Assembly: GCA_963783305.1 (NCBI GenBank)
Contig: CAWAMW010000015.1
Coordinates: 320,001-384,000 of the forward strand
Direction: 5' to 3'
DNA: 64,000 bases
Origin: an uncultured Gemmatimonadales bacterium
Lineage (GTDB): Bacteria > Gemmatimonadota > Gemmatimonadetes > Longimicrobiales > RSA9
Shown here piece after piece: positions 39,445 through 47,868 of the stretch; position 1 is the stretch's first letter; every line of letters starts with the position of its first letter. The notes beneath the pieces were generated by a model, which did no database searches, had not been told where the DNA came from, and was given only the letters and a program-made list of their open reading frames with translations. Both the position numbers and the translations under genes were made by a program.

Positions 39445-40188
39445 TCAATCCTCCAACACATCAGCCCAAAACTCATCCGTAGCTGCGCTGCACTTCAGGT
39501 GCAATGTGCACACTAAACTCACCTCGAAGGGCTCAATCCGCTTCTGGAGCCCTTCCAAGCTTCTTCTCGCCTCAGCGGCATCTACAGAAAAACGGCCAAG
39601 GGCGGGTCGAAAGCCGCTGATCCATGTTTTCGCGATTGCATCCCCTGCGAACAGAGTACCGCGATACAGGTAGGCCGCACTTCCTGCCGTATGCCCCGGC
39701 ACGAGGAACGCCCGCAACGTATCACGACCAAACGCGAACAGCGTATCCGACGAAAAAGTACGTACCTGAACTTCGTCAGGAGACGGCAGGTCGCTCCCAT
39801 TGATCTTCTCCGCCAAAGATGGCAACCACCCTCCGTGCGCCTCTCTTCCGAATAGCAACTCCGCTTCGGCCGCCGCCACGTAAAAAGGCGCATGTCGAAC
39901 GCTCCTCCACGCCCCCAGATGATCTCGATGGGAGTGCGTCAGAAAGACCGCGATCACGTCATCCGTAGTAGCCCCCAGTTGCTTCAACCCCTCGGCAAGA
40001 GCTTCATCCGCTCCCCACCACCCCAAGTCGATCAGTACGACGCCGCCTTCCACACGATGGAAAAAGATCGCGCTACGGTTTAGGCCACCGGTCGAGACGA
40101 CCAACGAGTGAGGCGGTGCTTGTAGAGTAGGCGGCACGTGCAGTGCACATCCAGAAACAACCAACAACAGAAGCATGAAGCCACGCAT
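39445..40188 (-). CDS. MBL-fold metallo-hydrolase, probable lipoprotein (first cassette gene)
   Basis: THSHRDH, PGHTAGS, FAGDA; N-terminal VVSGC. Confidence 0.88.
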   Translation of the reverse strand: MRGFMLLLLVVSGCALHVPPTLQAPPHSLVVSTGGLNRSAIFFHRVEGGVVLIDLGWWGADEALAEGLKQLGATTDDVIAVFLTHSHRDHLGAWRSVRHAPFYVAAAEAELLFGREAHGGWLPSLAEKINGSDLPSPDEVQVRTFSSDTLFAFGRDTLRAFLVPGHTAGSAAYLYRGTLFAGDAIAKTWISGFRPALGRFSVDAAEARRSLEGLQKRIEPFEVSLVCTLHLKCSAATDEFWADVLED

Positions 40189-40207
40189 CGATATTTCCTA
40201 CCTAGTT

Positions 40208-40540
40208 GGCTGTAACATATTATGGCGGCCCCAGCCACTTCTTGCCCACCTCCACGGGCTAATTGTCGCCATGCTTTCAGCCGAACTCCCGTTCACTCGC
40301 GCTGTATAACGCGCTTCTATACTGCGATCGATTCCAGTTAGAGTGTCCGTTTCTGCTGCGAATGCGTCTGCGTGCGCCCGTAGGCTCGGCGACCAGACCT
40401 CCGCGGCCGGTGTCCTCAGCGCGCGGCGTCGTTCTCTGTTACGGCGCGGTTCCAGGGATTGCAGTGTAATCGCTGTTCGCACGGCAGTGGCGGCAGCCTA
40501 AGTGCGGAGGGGGCGTTGGGGGGTCAGGCTGCATAATTCG
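40208..40540 (-). other. Candidate attI region
   Basis: The first cassette starts at GTTACAG (40216) without a preceding attC palindrome; non-coding gap between the array and the integrase stub. Confidence 0.4.
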
Positions 40541-40636
40541 CTGCGGGGGTCCGTCGGTCAAGCGTCCGGGGTGGGCGAGGGGTTTCGGTGAGGGCGCCCG
40601 CCGACTCTCCGGGGCTGTCCTTCCCAGTCGGTCTTC

Positions 40637-40903
40637 TCACGGGACGCGCCATTGCATCTGCTGGCGGGGGTCGGGATCAACCGTCGGCGCCGGTCGGTCG
40701 GGTATCGGGGAGCTTGCCGCGGTGGGTGGGATCCCATTGGCGGGTTGCGAGGGTCCAGGTCGGGGATCCGCTGGGCCGTGGCCTACCGATGACGGGAGGG
40801 CGAAGTTGTCGTCATCGGGGCGGTAGAGGGGGCTGCGGATGGGGAGGCCGGACAACTCGACCACGTGGAGGTAGATGGTGGTGGTGCGGAGATCCCTATG
40901 TCG
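40637..40903 (-). pseudogene. intI: 3' remnant of an integron integrase
   Basis: Manual translation RHRDLRTTTIYLHVVELSGLPIRSPL matches the IntI end GHxDVxTTxIYTHV...VRSPL; lies beside the attC array. Confidence 0.75.
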
Positions 40904-40912
40904 GGTGGAGCG

Positions 40913-41647
40913 TTACAGCCGCCCGAAGTGCTCCGCCACCCGCGCCAGGAACCGCTCCCACCCACCGGGCGTCTGGAGCAGCACGCGCGGGCATTGCTTC
41001 CCCGTCCAGGAATTGTGGGTCCGGACGTGAGCGAGGGGGATCTCGAGCTCGACGAGGAGGAGTGCGGTGAGGAGGGCGGCGCGGTCGTCGGCGGCGTCCT
41101 GGTCGATGCCGGCGTGCTCGGCGATCTCGATCCCGATGGACGCGGCGTTGCCGCGGGGGCCGGCGTGCCAGGCCACCTCGTCGGTGGGGACGTGCTGGAT
41201 GACCTGGGTGTCATCGACGGTGAAGTGCCAGCTGACCTGGCGGTCGCGGGCGTCGCTGCCGAGCAGGTAGCGGCTGTGCATCTCGGCGTCCGCGCCGGGG
41301 CCGCGGTTGGCGGTGTTGTGGATGGTGATCCACTGCGGGTCGAGGTGGGTGCCGGGGCGATTGGGCGCGCTCGGCGGGATGAGGTCGCGGCGCAGGTTCA
41401 GCCGGGCGCGGGCGTCGGCAATGGCATCGCCGGCGGGCGGGTCGATGGGCGCGAGGAACTGCTTGCTGGCCCAGCCGGTCCCGCCGGGGGCGACGACGAA
41501 GTACCAGCGACCGTCGAGGCTTTCGCCCCACGCCTCGGCGAGCTGCCCCTCGAGCAGCCGCTGTCCGGTGTCGGAGTCCGCCGCGACCTCGGGGCGGGAG
41601 CGGAGGCGGAGGGCGGTGGTGGTGGTGCGGAGGTGTATGGGATCCAT
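40913..41647 (-). CDS. N-acetylmuramoyl-L-alanine amidase (Amidase_2) with an SH3-like N-terminus
   Basis: ITIHNTAN, SWHFTVDD, AWHAG, SIGIEIAE, HNSWTGKQCP. Confidence 0.9.
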   Translation of the reverse strand: MDPIHLRTTTTALRLRSRPEVAADSDTGQRLLEGQLAEAWGESLDGRWYFVVAPGGTGWASKQFLAPIDPPAGDAIADARARLNLRRDLIPPSAPNRPGTHLDPQWITIHNTANRGPGADAEMHSRYLLGSDARDRQVSWHFTVDDTQVIQHVPTDEVAWHAGPRGNAASIGIEIAEHAGIDQDAADDRAALLTALLLVELEIPLAHVRTHNSWTGKQCPRVLLQTPGGWERFLARVAEHFGRL

Positions 41648-41715
41648 GGACGATACGGTGCACCCGTGGACCGTCCCGGGTCAAGCTTCGGATGGGCGGG
41701 GCCTCGCCGCGGCCC

Positions 41716-41780
41716 GGAAATCCCCCACGCGCGAACCGGGACTTTCCCGATTGTAGCGGGGTGGGGCGGGGTCAAGATTC
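41716..41780 (+). promoter_or_regulatory. Candidate activator site and promoter of iorAB
   Basis: GGAAATCCCCC-N19-CCCGATTG, also present at 47766-47803. Confidence 0.45.
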
Positions 41781-41832
41781 CTTGGACGGACCCGCGCACG
41801 CGAAGTGAAGCCCCGACTGCGAGGGAGGGAAA

Positions 41833-44800
41833 GTGACGGCAGGAGTGAAGCGGCCCGAAGCGACCGAGACGGACGCTGTGGCCGGTATCGAAGTGACCCC
41901 GGCGTCGACGCCGACGCCACTGCTCTCGGGCAACGAGGCCATCGCCCGGGGGGCCTGGGAAGCGGGCGTCCGTGTGGGCGCGGGCTATCCCGGCACGCCC
42001 AGCACGGAGATCCTGGAGGCGCTCTCGGGCTACGAGGGCGTGAGCACGGAGTGGTCGCCGAACGAGAAGGTGGCGCTGGAGGTGGCGGTGGGCGCGTCAC
42101 TGGCGGGCGCGCGGTCGCTGGCGACCATGAAGCACGTGGGCGTGAACGTGGCGGCGGACCCACTGTTCAGCGTCGCGTACATGGGGGTGAGCGGCGGGCT
42201 GGTGGTGGTGACGGCGGACGACCCGGGCATGCACTCGTCGCAGAACGAGCAGGACAACCGTCTGTTCGCGAAGCACGCGCGGATCCCGCTGCTGGAGCCG
42301 GCCACGCCGGAGGAGGCGCGGCGGTACACGGCGGAGGCGTTCCGGGTCTCGGAGGAGTACGACACGCCGGTGCTGCTCCGCACGACGACCCGTCTGTCAC
42401 ACGGCACCGGCCGGGTCCGGGCGGGCGAGCGAACGGACGTGCCGCTCAGGCCGTACCGGAAGGACCGGGAAAAGAACGTGGTGCTGCCGGCGCACGGCCG
42501 GGTGCGTCACCGGTGGATCGAGGAGCACCGGATCCCGGGGCTCAGGGGCGAGGCGGAGCACTGGGCGGAGACCATCGACGGGACGGGCGACGCGGCGTTC
42601 ATCACGGCGGGCGTGCCGTACCTGTACGTGCGGGAGTCGTTCCCGGACGCGCCGGTGCTGCGGATGGGGATGACGTACCCGCTCCCCGAGGTCGCCATCC
42701 GGCAGTTCGCGGCGCTGCACGCGGGGCGCACGATCTACGTGGTGGAGGAGCTGGAGCCGTACCTGGAGGAGCGGATCCGCGCCATGGGCATCGACGTGGC
42801 GAAGCGGCCGTGGCCGCGCTGGGGTGAGCTGAGCGTGGCGATGATCCGGGACGCGGTGTCGCCGGGGCGGTCGCTGCCGGTCGCCCCCGTGAAGCCGGGC
42901 GCCGCAGCGCCGCTGCCGGGTAGGCCGCCCGCGCTGTGTCCCGGTTGCGGGCATAGGGGAGCGTTCCACGCGCTGGCGCGGATGGACGCCATCGTGAGCG
43001 GCGACATCGGCTGCTACACGCTGGGCGCGCTCCCGCCGCTGGACGCCATGGACGCGACCATGAACATGGGCGCCTCCATCGGGATGGCGCACGGGATGGA
43101 GAAGGTGCTGCCCGCGGACCGTCGGAAGAAGCTGGTGAGCGTGATCGGCGACTCGACGTTCTACCACTCGGGCGTGACCGGCCTGATGGACATGGTCTAC
43201 AACGGCGGTCAGGGCACGGTGGTGGTGCTGGATAACCGTACCACGGCGATGACCGGTCACCAGGAGCACCCGGGCACCGGGTGCACGCTGGACCACCACG
43301 AGGCTCCGCGGATCGACATCGGCGGGATGGCGCGGGCGGTGGGGGTGGCCGATGTCAGGGAGCTGGACCCGTACGACCTGCTGGGCGCGTGGCGCACGCT
43401 GGATGGCGCGGCGCGGGCGGAGCACCCGACGGTGGTGATCGCGGAGAAGCCGTGCGTGCTGAAGGAGCGGATCAGCTTCGGTGCGGGCGTGGTGATCGAC
43501 CCGGACCAGTGCGTCGACTGCCACGCCTGCACGCGTCTGGGGTGCCCGGCCATCGAGGAGTCGGACGGACGGCTGGCGGTGAACGCGCTGCTGTGCAACG
43601 GGTGCACGCAGTGCCAGCAGCTGTGCGCCGACTGCAACGCCGGTATCGACATCTCGCTCATGCTGGAGCTGGTGGACCAGGACCGGATGGCGGAAGCGCT
43701 GGAGGTGGTGCTTCGGGCCAACCCGCTGCCGGCGGTGAGCGCGCGCGTCTGCCCGCACCCGTGCGACCACGACATCAACTCGCTGGGGTACCCGCAGGCG
43801 GCGACGTACGCCGAGCGGCACCCGGAGCTGGTGACGCGGTTCCCGGACGGGTCGGAGAAGGTGTCGGTGCGGGCGGTGGAGCGGCACGTGGGCGACTGGG
43901 CGCTGGAGCACCTGGACCCCTCGACGCTGGCGCCGAAGGAGGAGCTGGGCCGGTCGGTGGCGATCATCGGGTCGGGCCCGGCGGGGCTCTCGGCGGCGTG
44001 GTCGCTGCGGCGGGCCGGGAGTCGCGTGACGGTGTACGATTCGGCCGAAGCGCCCGGCGGGCTGCTCCGGATGGGGATCCCGCCCTTCCGGCTGTCGCGT
44101 GACGTGCTGGATGGCGAGCTGGCGCGCTGGACGGCGCTGGACATCGACTTCCGCTGCGGCGTGAAGCTCGGTCGGGACGTGACGCTGGACGAGCTGGCGG
44201 AGGAGCACGACGCGGTGGTGCTGGCGGTGGGTCACCACGCCGCGCGGGCGGTGACGCTCGACGGCGCCGACGAGGCCCCCGCCTCTGTATACGACGGTCT
44301 CGACTTCCTTCAGCGCTTCAACCGGGGCGATGAGGTGGACGTGGGCCGGAAGGTGGCGGTGATCGGCGGCGGGAACACGGCTTTGGACTGCGCCCGCGCG
44401 GCCCGTCGGCTGGGGGCGTCGGTGGAGATCCTGTACCGCCGGACGCGGGAGGAGATGCCGGCCATCCGCGACGAAATCGAGGAAGCGCGGGAGGAGGGTG
44501 TGCTGCTGCGGTTCCAGCGGAACCCGGTGCGGGTGCTGTCGGCCGACGGTCGCATGACGGCGCTCCAGCATATCGCCATGGAGCAGGGCGAGCCGGACGC
44601 GTCGGGGCGGCGGCGGCCGGTGCCCGTGGAAGGTAGCGAGGAGATCGACGCGTTCGACGCGATCATCATGGCCATCGGCGAGGAGAGCGACCTCGGGTTC
44701 CTCGCCGGGAGTGGGATCTCGGCGAGCGGCCACATCGACGTCAACTTCGCTGGCGCCACGTCGCGCCCGGGCGTCTTCGCATGCGGCGATGCGGCGTTCA

Positions 44801-44892
44801 ACCAGGGCACGGTCCCGCAGGCCATCGCAACCGGCCGCCGCGCGGCCGAGCTGGCCGTCGGCTACCTCAGGAAGACTGGTGGCAGGCCATGA
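41833..44892 (+). CDS. iorA: Indolepyruvate:ferredoxin oxidoreductase alpha subunit fused to a GltD-like FAD/NAD(P) oxidoreductase
   Basis: GNEAIARG, YPGTPSTE, MKHVG, SSQNEQD, RPPALCPGCGHR, GDIGCY, GDSTF, ferredoxin Cys motifs; then IIGSGPAGL, VIGGGNTALD, YRRTREEMPA, GVFACGD. Confidence 0.9.
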   Translation: MTAGVKRPEATETDAVAGIEVTPASTPTPLLSGNEAIARGAWEAGVRVGAGYPGTPSTEILEALSGYEGVSTEWSPNEKVALEVAVGASLAGARSLATMKHVGVNVAADPLFSVAYMGVSGGLVVVTADDPGMHSSQNEQDNRLFAKHARIPLLEPATPEEARRYTAEAFRVSEEYDTPVLLRTTTRLSHGTGRVRAGERTDVPLRPYRKDREKNVVLPAHGRVRHRWIEEHRIPGLRGEAEHWAETIDGTGDAAFITAGVPYLYVRESFPDAPVLRMGMTYPLPEVAIRQFAALHAGRTIYVVEELEPYLEERIRAMGIDVAKRPWPRWGELSVAMIRDAVSPGRSLPVAPVKPGAAAPLPGRPPALCPGCGHRGAFHALARMDAIVSGDIGCYTLGALPPLDAMDATMNMGASIGMAHGMEKVLPADRRKKLVSVIGDSTFYHSGVTGLMDMVYNGGQGTVVVLDNRTTAMTGHQEHPGTGCTLDHHEAPRIDIGGMARAVGVADVRELDPYDLLGAWRTLDGAARAEHPTVVIAEKPCVLKERISFGAGVVIDPDQCVDCHACTRLGCPAIEESDGRLAVNALLCNGCTQCQQLCADCNAGIDISLMLELVDQDRMAEALEVVLRANPLPAVSARVCPHPCDHDINSLGYPQAATYAERHPELVTRFPDGSEKVSVRAVERHVGDWALEHLDPSTLAPKEELGRSVAIIGSGPAGLSAAWSLRRAGSRVTVYDSAEAPGGLLRMGIPPFRLSRDVLDGELARWTALDIDFRCGVKLGRDVTLDELAEEHDAVVLAVGHHAARAVTLDGADEAPASVYDGLDFLQRFNRGDEVDVGRKVAVIGGGNTALDCARAARRLGASVEILYRRTREEMPAIRDEIEEAREEGVLLRFQRNPVRVLSADGRMTALQHIAMEQGEPDASGRRRPVPVEGSEEIDAFDAIIMAIGEESDLGFLAGSGISASGHIDVNFAGATSRPGVFACGDAAFNQGTVPQAIATGRRAAELAVGYLRKTGGRP

Positions 44893-45494
44893 AGCGAGGC
44901 ATCACGAACATCGTGCTGGCGGGGGTGGGCGGTCAGGGGTCCGTGCTGGCCACGCGGGTGCTGGCCACGGCCGCGGAGCTGGCGGGCCAGGAGGTGGTCA
45001 CGTCAGAGGTGCACGGCATGTCGCAGCGTGGCGGGACCGTCGTCACCACCGTCCGGTTCGGCGACGAAGTGCTGTCGCCGTCGGTCCCGGCCGGCGAGGC
45101 GGACTTCCTGGTGGCGTTCGAGCGGCTGGAGGCCGCCCGGCACCTGGACCTGGTCCGGGATGGCGGCGTCGCCGTGGTCAACGACCAGCGGATCGCGCCG
45201 TCCATCGAGGCGCTCAAGAGCGCCGCCTACCCGGGCGAGATCGGCGTTCGGGCCGCGGAGCGGAACGTATCAGTCCTGGTCTATCCGGCCCTCCGCCTGG
45301 CGCAGGAGCTCGGTAACGAGAAGCTCGCGAGTACCATCCTCCTGGGTGGCCTCTCCGATTTCCTCTTCCTCGAGCGCGACCACTGGATCCGCGCGATCCG
45401 GGCATCCGTCCCGCCGCACACGGTCGAGGCGAACGAGGTTGCGTTCGATACCGGCGCGGAATGGCTCGTAGGGCCGCCGACGTTTTCGTTCTGA
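44889..45494 (+). CDS. iorB: Indolepyruvate oxidoreductase beta subunit
   Basis: AGVGGQG and SEVHGMSQRGG; ATGA overlap with iorA. Confidence 0.92.
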   Translation: MKRGITNIVLAGVGGQGSVLATRVLATAAELAGQEVVTSEVHGMSQRGGTVVTTVRFGDEVLSPSVPAGEADFLVAFERLEAARHLDLVRDGGVAVVNDQRIAPSIEALKSAAYPGEIGVRAAERNVSVLVYPALRLAQELGNEKLASTILLGGLSDFLFLERDHWIRAIRASVPPHTVEANEVAFDTGAEWLVGPPTFSF

Positions 45495-45495
45495 G

Positions 45496-45604
45496 GTAGG
45501 GGGAACGGTCGCTGGCGCGACCGGTCGATCGGTCGCTGGCGCGACCTGTCGAACGCTCGCTTCGCTCGCTATCGAACGCGTTGGGCTTCGCCCTCGCTAT
45601 CGAC
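45496..45604 (+). repeat. REP-like extragenic palindromic element
   Basis: GTAG followed by short hairpins; closely related inverted copy at 51302-51420. Confidence 0.75.
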
Positions 45605-45630
45605 CGGACACTGCCCTTTCCCCTCGCCGG

Positions 45631-46692
45631 TCAGTACTCTCGCGCGGCCTCTTCCCCGGCCAGGACCCGCTGGGCGCCCTCGGCCAGCGCCCGCAGCTCG
45701 TCCTCGCCGGGGTAGGCCGTCACCGGCGCGATCCACTGGAGCGTCCGCGTCAACTCTCCGGCCACCCGCTCGCTCTTCGCCATCCCGCCGGTGAGGAGCA
45801 CGGCGTCGACCCGGCCATCGAGGACGGCGGCCATGGCGCCGACCTCCTTCCGGAGCTGGTAGAGCATGGCGTCGAGGACGAGGCGGGCGCGGTCATCGCC
45901 GTCGTCTATGCGAGCCTCGACCTCCCGGAGGTCGCGGGTGCCCAGGTAGGAGTGGATGCCGCCCTCGCGGAAGAGGAGCCGCTCCGCGGACGCCAGGTCG
46001 AGTCCCCCGGTCAACACGCGCTCGATCAGTCGAACGGTGGGGACGGTGCCGGCGCGCTCGGTGGAGAACGCGCCCTCCTCCCGGGAATTGGTGACGTCGA
46101 TCATGCGGCCATCACGGTGGGCGGAGACGCTGTGGCCGCTGCCCATGTGGACGACGATGAGCCGCAGCTCGGCGTACAGGGCTCCCGCCTGGCGGGCGTG
46201 CCGCTTCGCCACGGCCTTGGTATTCAGGGCGTGGGAGAGGCAGTCGCGCTCCAGGCCCTCCAGGCCGGACAGCCGGGCCACGGGCGGCCACTCGTCCACG
46301 CTCACCGGGTCCACGATGAAGGATGGGCAGCCGGCGGGCTCGGCGAGTCGCCGGGCCAGGGCGGCGCCGAGGTTCGACGCATGATCGCCCCGCAGCGCCT
46401 GCCGGAGCTCGGTCAGCATGGCGTCGGTGACGCGGTAGGTGCCGCTCTCCAGTGGGCGGAGCAGCCCGCCGCGACCGACGGTGGCGCGGAGGGCCGACAG
46501 ATCGATGTCCTCCTCGTGGAGCAGGGCCAGCACGGCGGCGAGCCGACTCTCCAGCTGCGCCAGCACGGGACGCCCGCGGAACGCCGACAGCTCGGTGTCG
46601 TTGAGCTCGACGGTCGCCTGGAAGCGGGCGGTGTCGCCGTCGTATACAGCGAGCTTCGTGGACGTGGAGCCGGGGTTCAGGGCGAGGATCAC
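45631..46692 (-). CDS. buk: Butyrate kinase
   Basis: LNPGSTSTK, VGRGGLL, HASNLG, VDPVSVDE, HALNTKA, YPGEDE. Confidence 0.93.
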   Translation of the reverse strand: MILALNPGSTSTKLAVYDGDTARFQATVELNDTELSAFRGRPVLAQLESRLAAVLALLHEEDIDLSALRATVGRGGLLRPLESGTYRVTDAMLTELRQALRGDHASNLGAALARRLAEPAGCPSFIVDPVSVDEWPPVARLSGLEGLERDCLSHALNTKAVAKRHARQAGALYAELRLIVVHMGSGHSVSAHRDGRMIDVTNSREEGAFSTERAGTVPTVRLIERVLTGGLDLASAERLLFREGGIHSYLGTRDLREVEARIDDGDDRARLVLDAMLYQLRKEVGAMAAVLDGRVDAVLLTGGMAKSERVAGELTRTLQWIAPVTAYPGEDELRALAEGAQRVLAGEEAAREY

Positions 46693-47606
46693 GACGCTCG
46701 CCTCGCGATGAGGACGCCGAGAGCGATGGAGTGCAGCTTGTCCTCCGCGCTCTCCACCCGCGACGGGATCAGCAGCGGGACCGCCGCGCCCACCACCACA
46801 TGGGCGGTGATGGAGCCGCCCAGGTACTTCACGCCCTTGCCCAGGATGTTGCCGGCCTCGATCCCCGGCGCGACCATGATGTCCGCCCGGCCCGCCACGG
46901 GACCCGTGATCCCCTTGGCCGCCGCGGCCGACTCCAGCAGCGCGTTGTCCAGCGCCAGCGGGCCCGCGACATCGGCGTTCGGGATCGACGCCGCCGCCCA
47001 TTCGGCGACCGCCCGCGCCGCGCCCGTCGAGGGCACCGCCTCGCTCACCGCCTCACTGGCGCTCAGCAACGCGACCCGGGGACGCTCGTGGCCCAGCGCA
47101 CGAAAGACCTCAACGGCGTTGGCCACGATGGCCTTCAGCATCTCCACATCCGGGGCAGGGTTGATCCCGCCATCCGTGACGCCCACGAGACGGGGCGCGG
47201 GGCCGAGAGTGTCCTCGTAGATCAGCACGTCGGAGAGGAGCCGACCGGTGCGGAGCCCGGCGTCGCGGTCGAGCGCGGCGCGCAGCAGCTGGTCGGTCCG
47301 GAGCGACCCCTTCAGCAGCACCCGCGCGCCCCCCTCCCGGGCCAGCGCCACCGCCCGGCGGGCCGCCTCCTCGGGGTCACCGGCCTCGACGAAGCGGGCG
47401 TCCTCGAGCCCGGCGATGGCCTCCGAGTCGATGATCGACCGGATGACCGTCCCGGCCCCCACCAGCACCGGCTCCGCCAGCCCCGCACGCGCCGCCGCGC
47501 CCAGCGCCCGGAGCCCCGATGGGCTGTCGGCCGCCACCAGCGCCACGGTCACGGCCGGCCCCTCGGCGGCGAGCCGGAGGAGGTCGGTGAAGCGGGCGGG
47601 TGCCAT
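46689..47606 (-). CDS. ptb: Phosphate butyryltransferase (PTA/PTB family)
   Basis: LKGSLRT, TDGGINPAP, GPLALDNA, IEAGNILGK, PSRVES. Confidence 0.85.
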   Translation of the reverse strand: MAPARFTDLLRLAAEGPAVTVALVAADSPSGLRALGAAARAGLAEPVLVGAGTVIRSIIDSEAIAGLEDARFVEAGDPEEAARRAVALAREGGARVLLKGSLRTDQLLRAALDRDAGLRTGRLLSDVLIYEDTLGPAPRLVGVTDGGINPAPDVEMLKAIVANAVEVFRALGHERPRVALLSASEAVSEAVPSTGAARAVAEWAAASIPNADVAGPLALDNALLESAAAAKGITGPVAGRADIMVAPGIEAGNILGKGVKYLGGSITAHVVVGAAVPLLIPSRVESAEDKLHSIALGVLIARRAS

Positions 47607-47765
47607 CTTGACGCTCGGTGCGCCTTCCGGGTCGGGTGTCAGCGTCGCGTCCGTGTTCGGGGAATGGGAGCCCCGCCGCTCCGGCGGAGGGTCCCGGGAA
47701 TATGCCGGCCGGGAGAGGGGCCGACCAGTCGGGATAATGCCGCCGACCGCGGCGGCCGGAGGTGG

Positions 47766-47829
47766 GGAAAACCCCCGCCTCCCTGCGGTGGAACCCCCGA
47801 TTGCCGCCGGTGCCGCGCCCGTGTAGGGT
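47766..47829 (+). promoter_or_regulatory. Candidate activator site and promoter of the COG2403 gene
   Basis: GGAAAACCCCC-N19-CCCGATTG running into TTGCCG-N17-TAGGGT. Confidence 0.45.
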
Positions 47830-47868
47830 GCACGTACAGGTCGGCCAACCAATCGAGGGGTATCCCAT

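Noticed and set aside
39445..40188. Metallo-beta-lactamase resistance gene
   Set aside because: The generic HxHxDH fold motif does not show antibiotic hydrolysis; likewise the serine hydrolase at 30548-31999.
40208..40920. 9-bp inverted repeat GGCTGTAAC (40208) / GTTACAGCC (40912) as an invertible segment
   Set aside because: Too short to distinguish from chance, though it could be a secondary IntI site; no other support.
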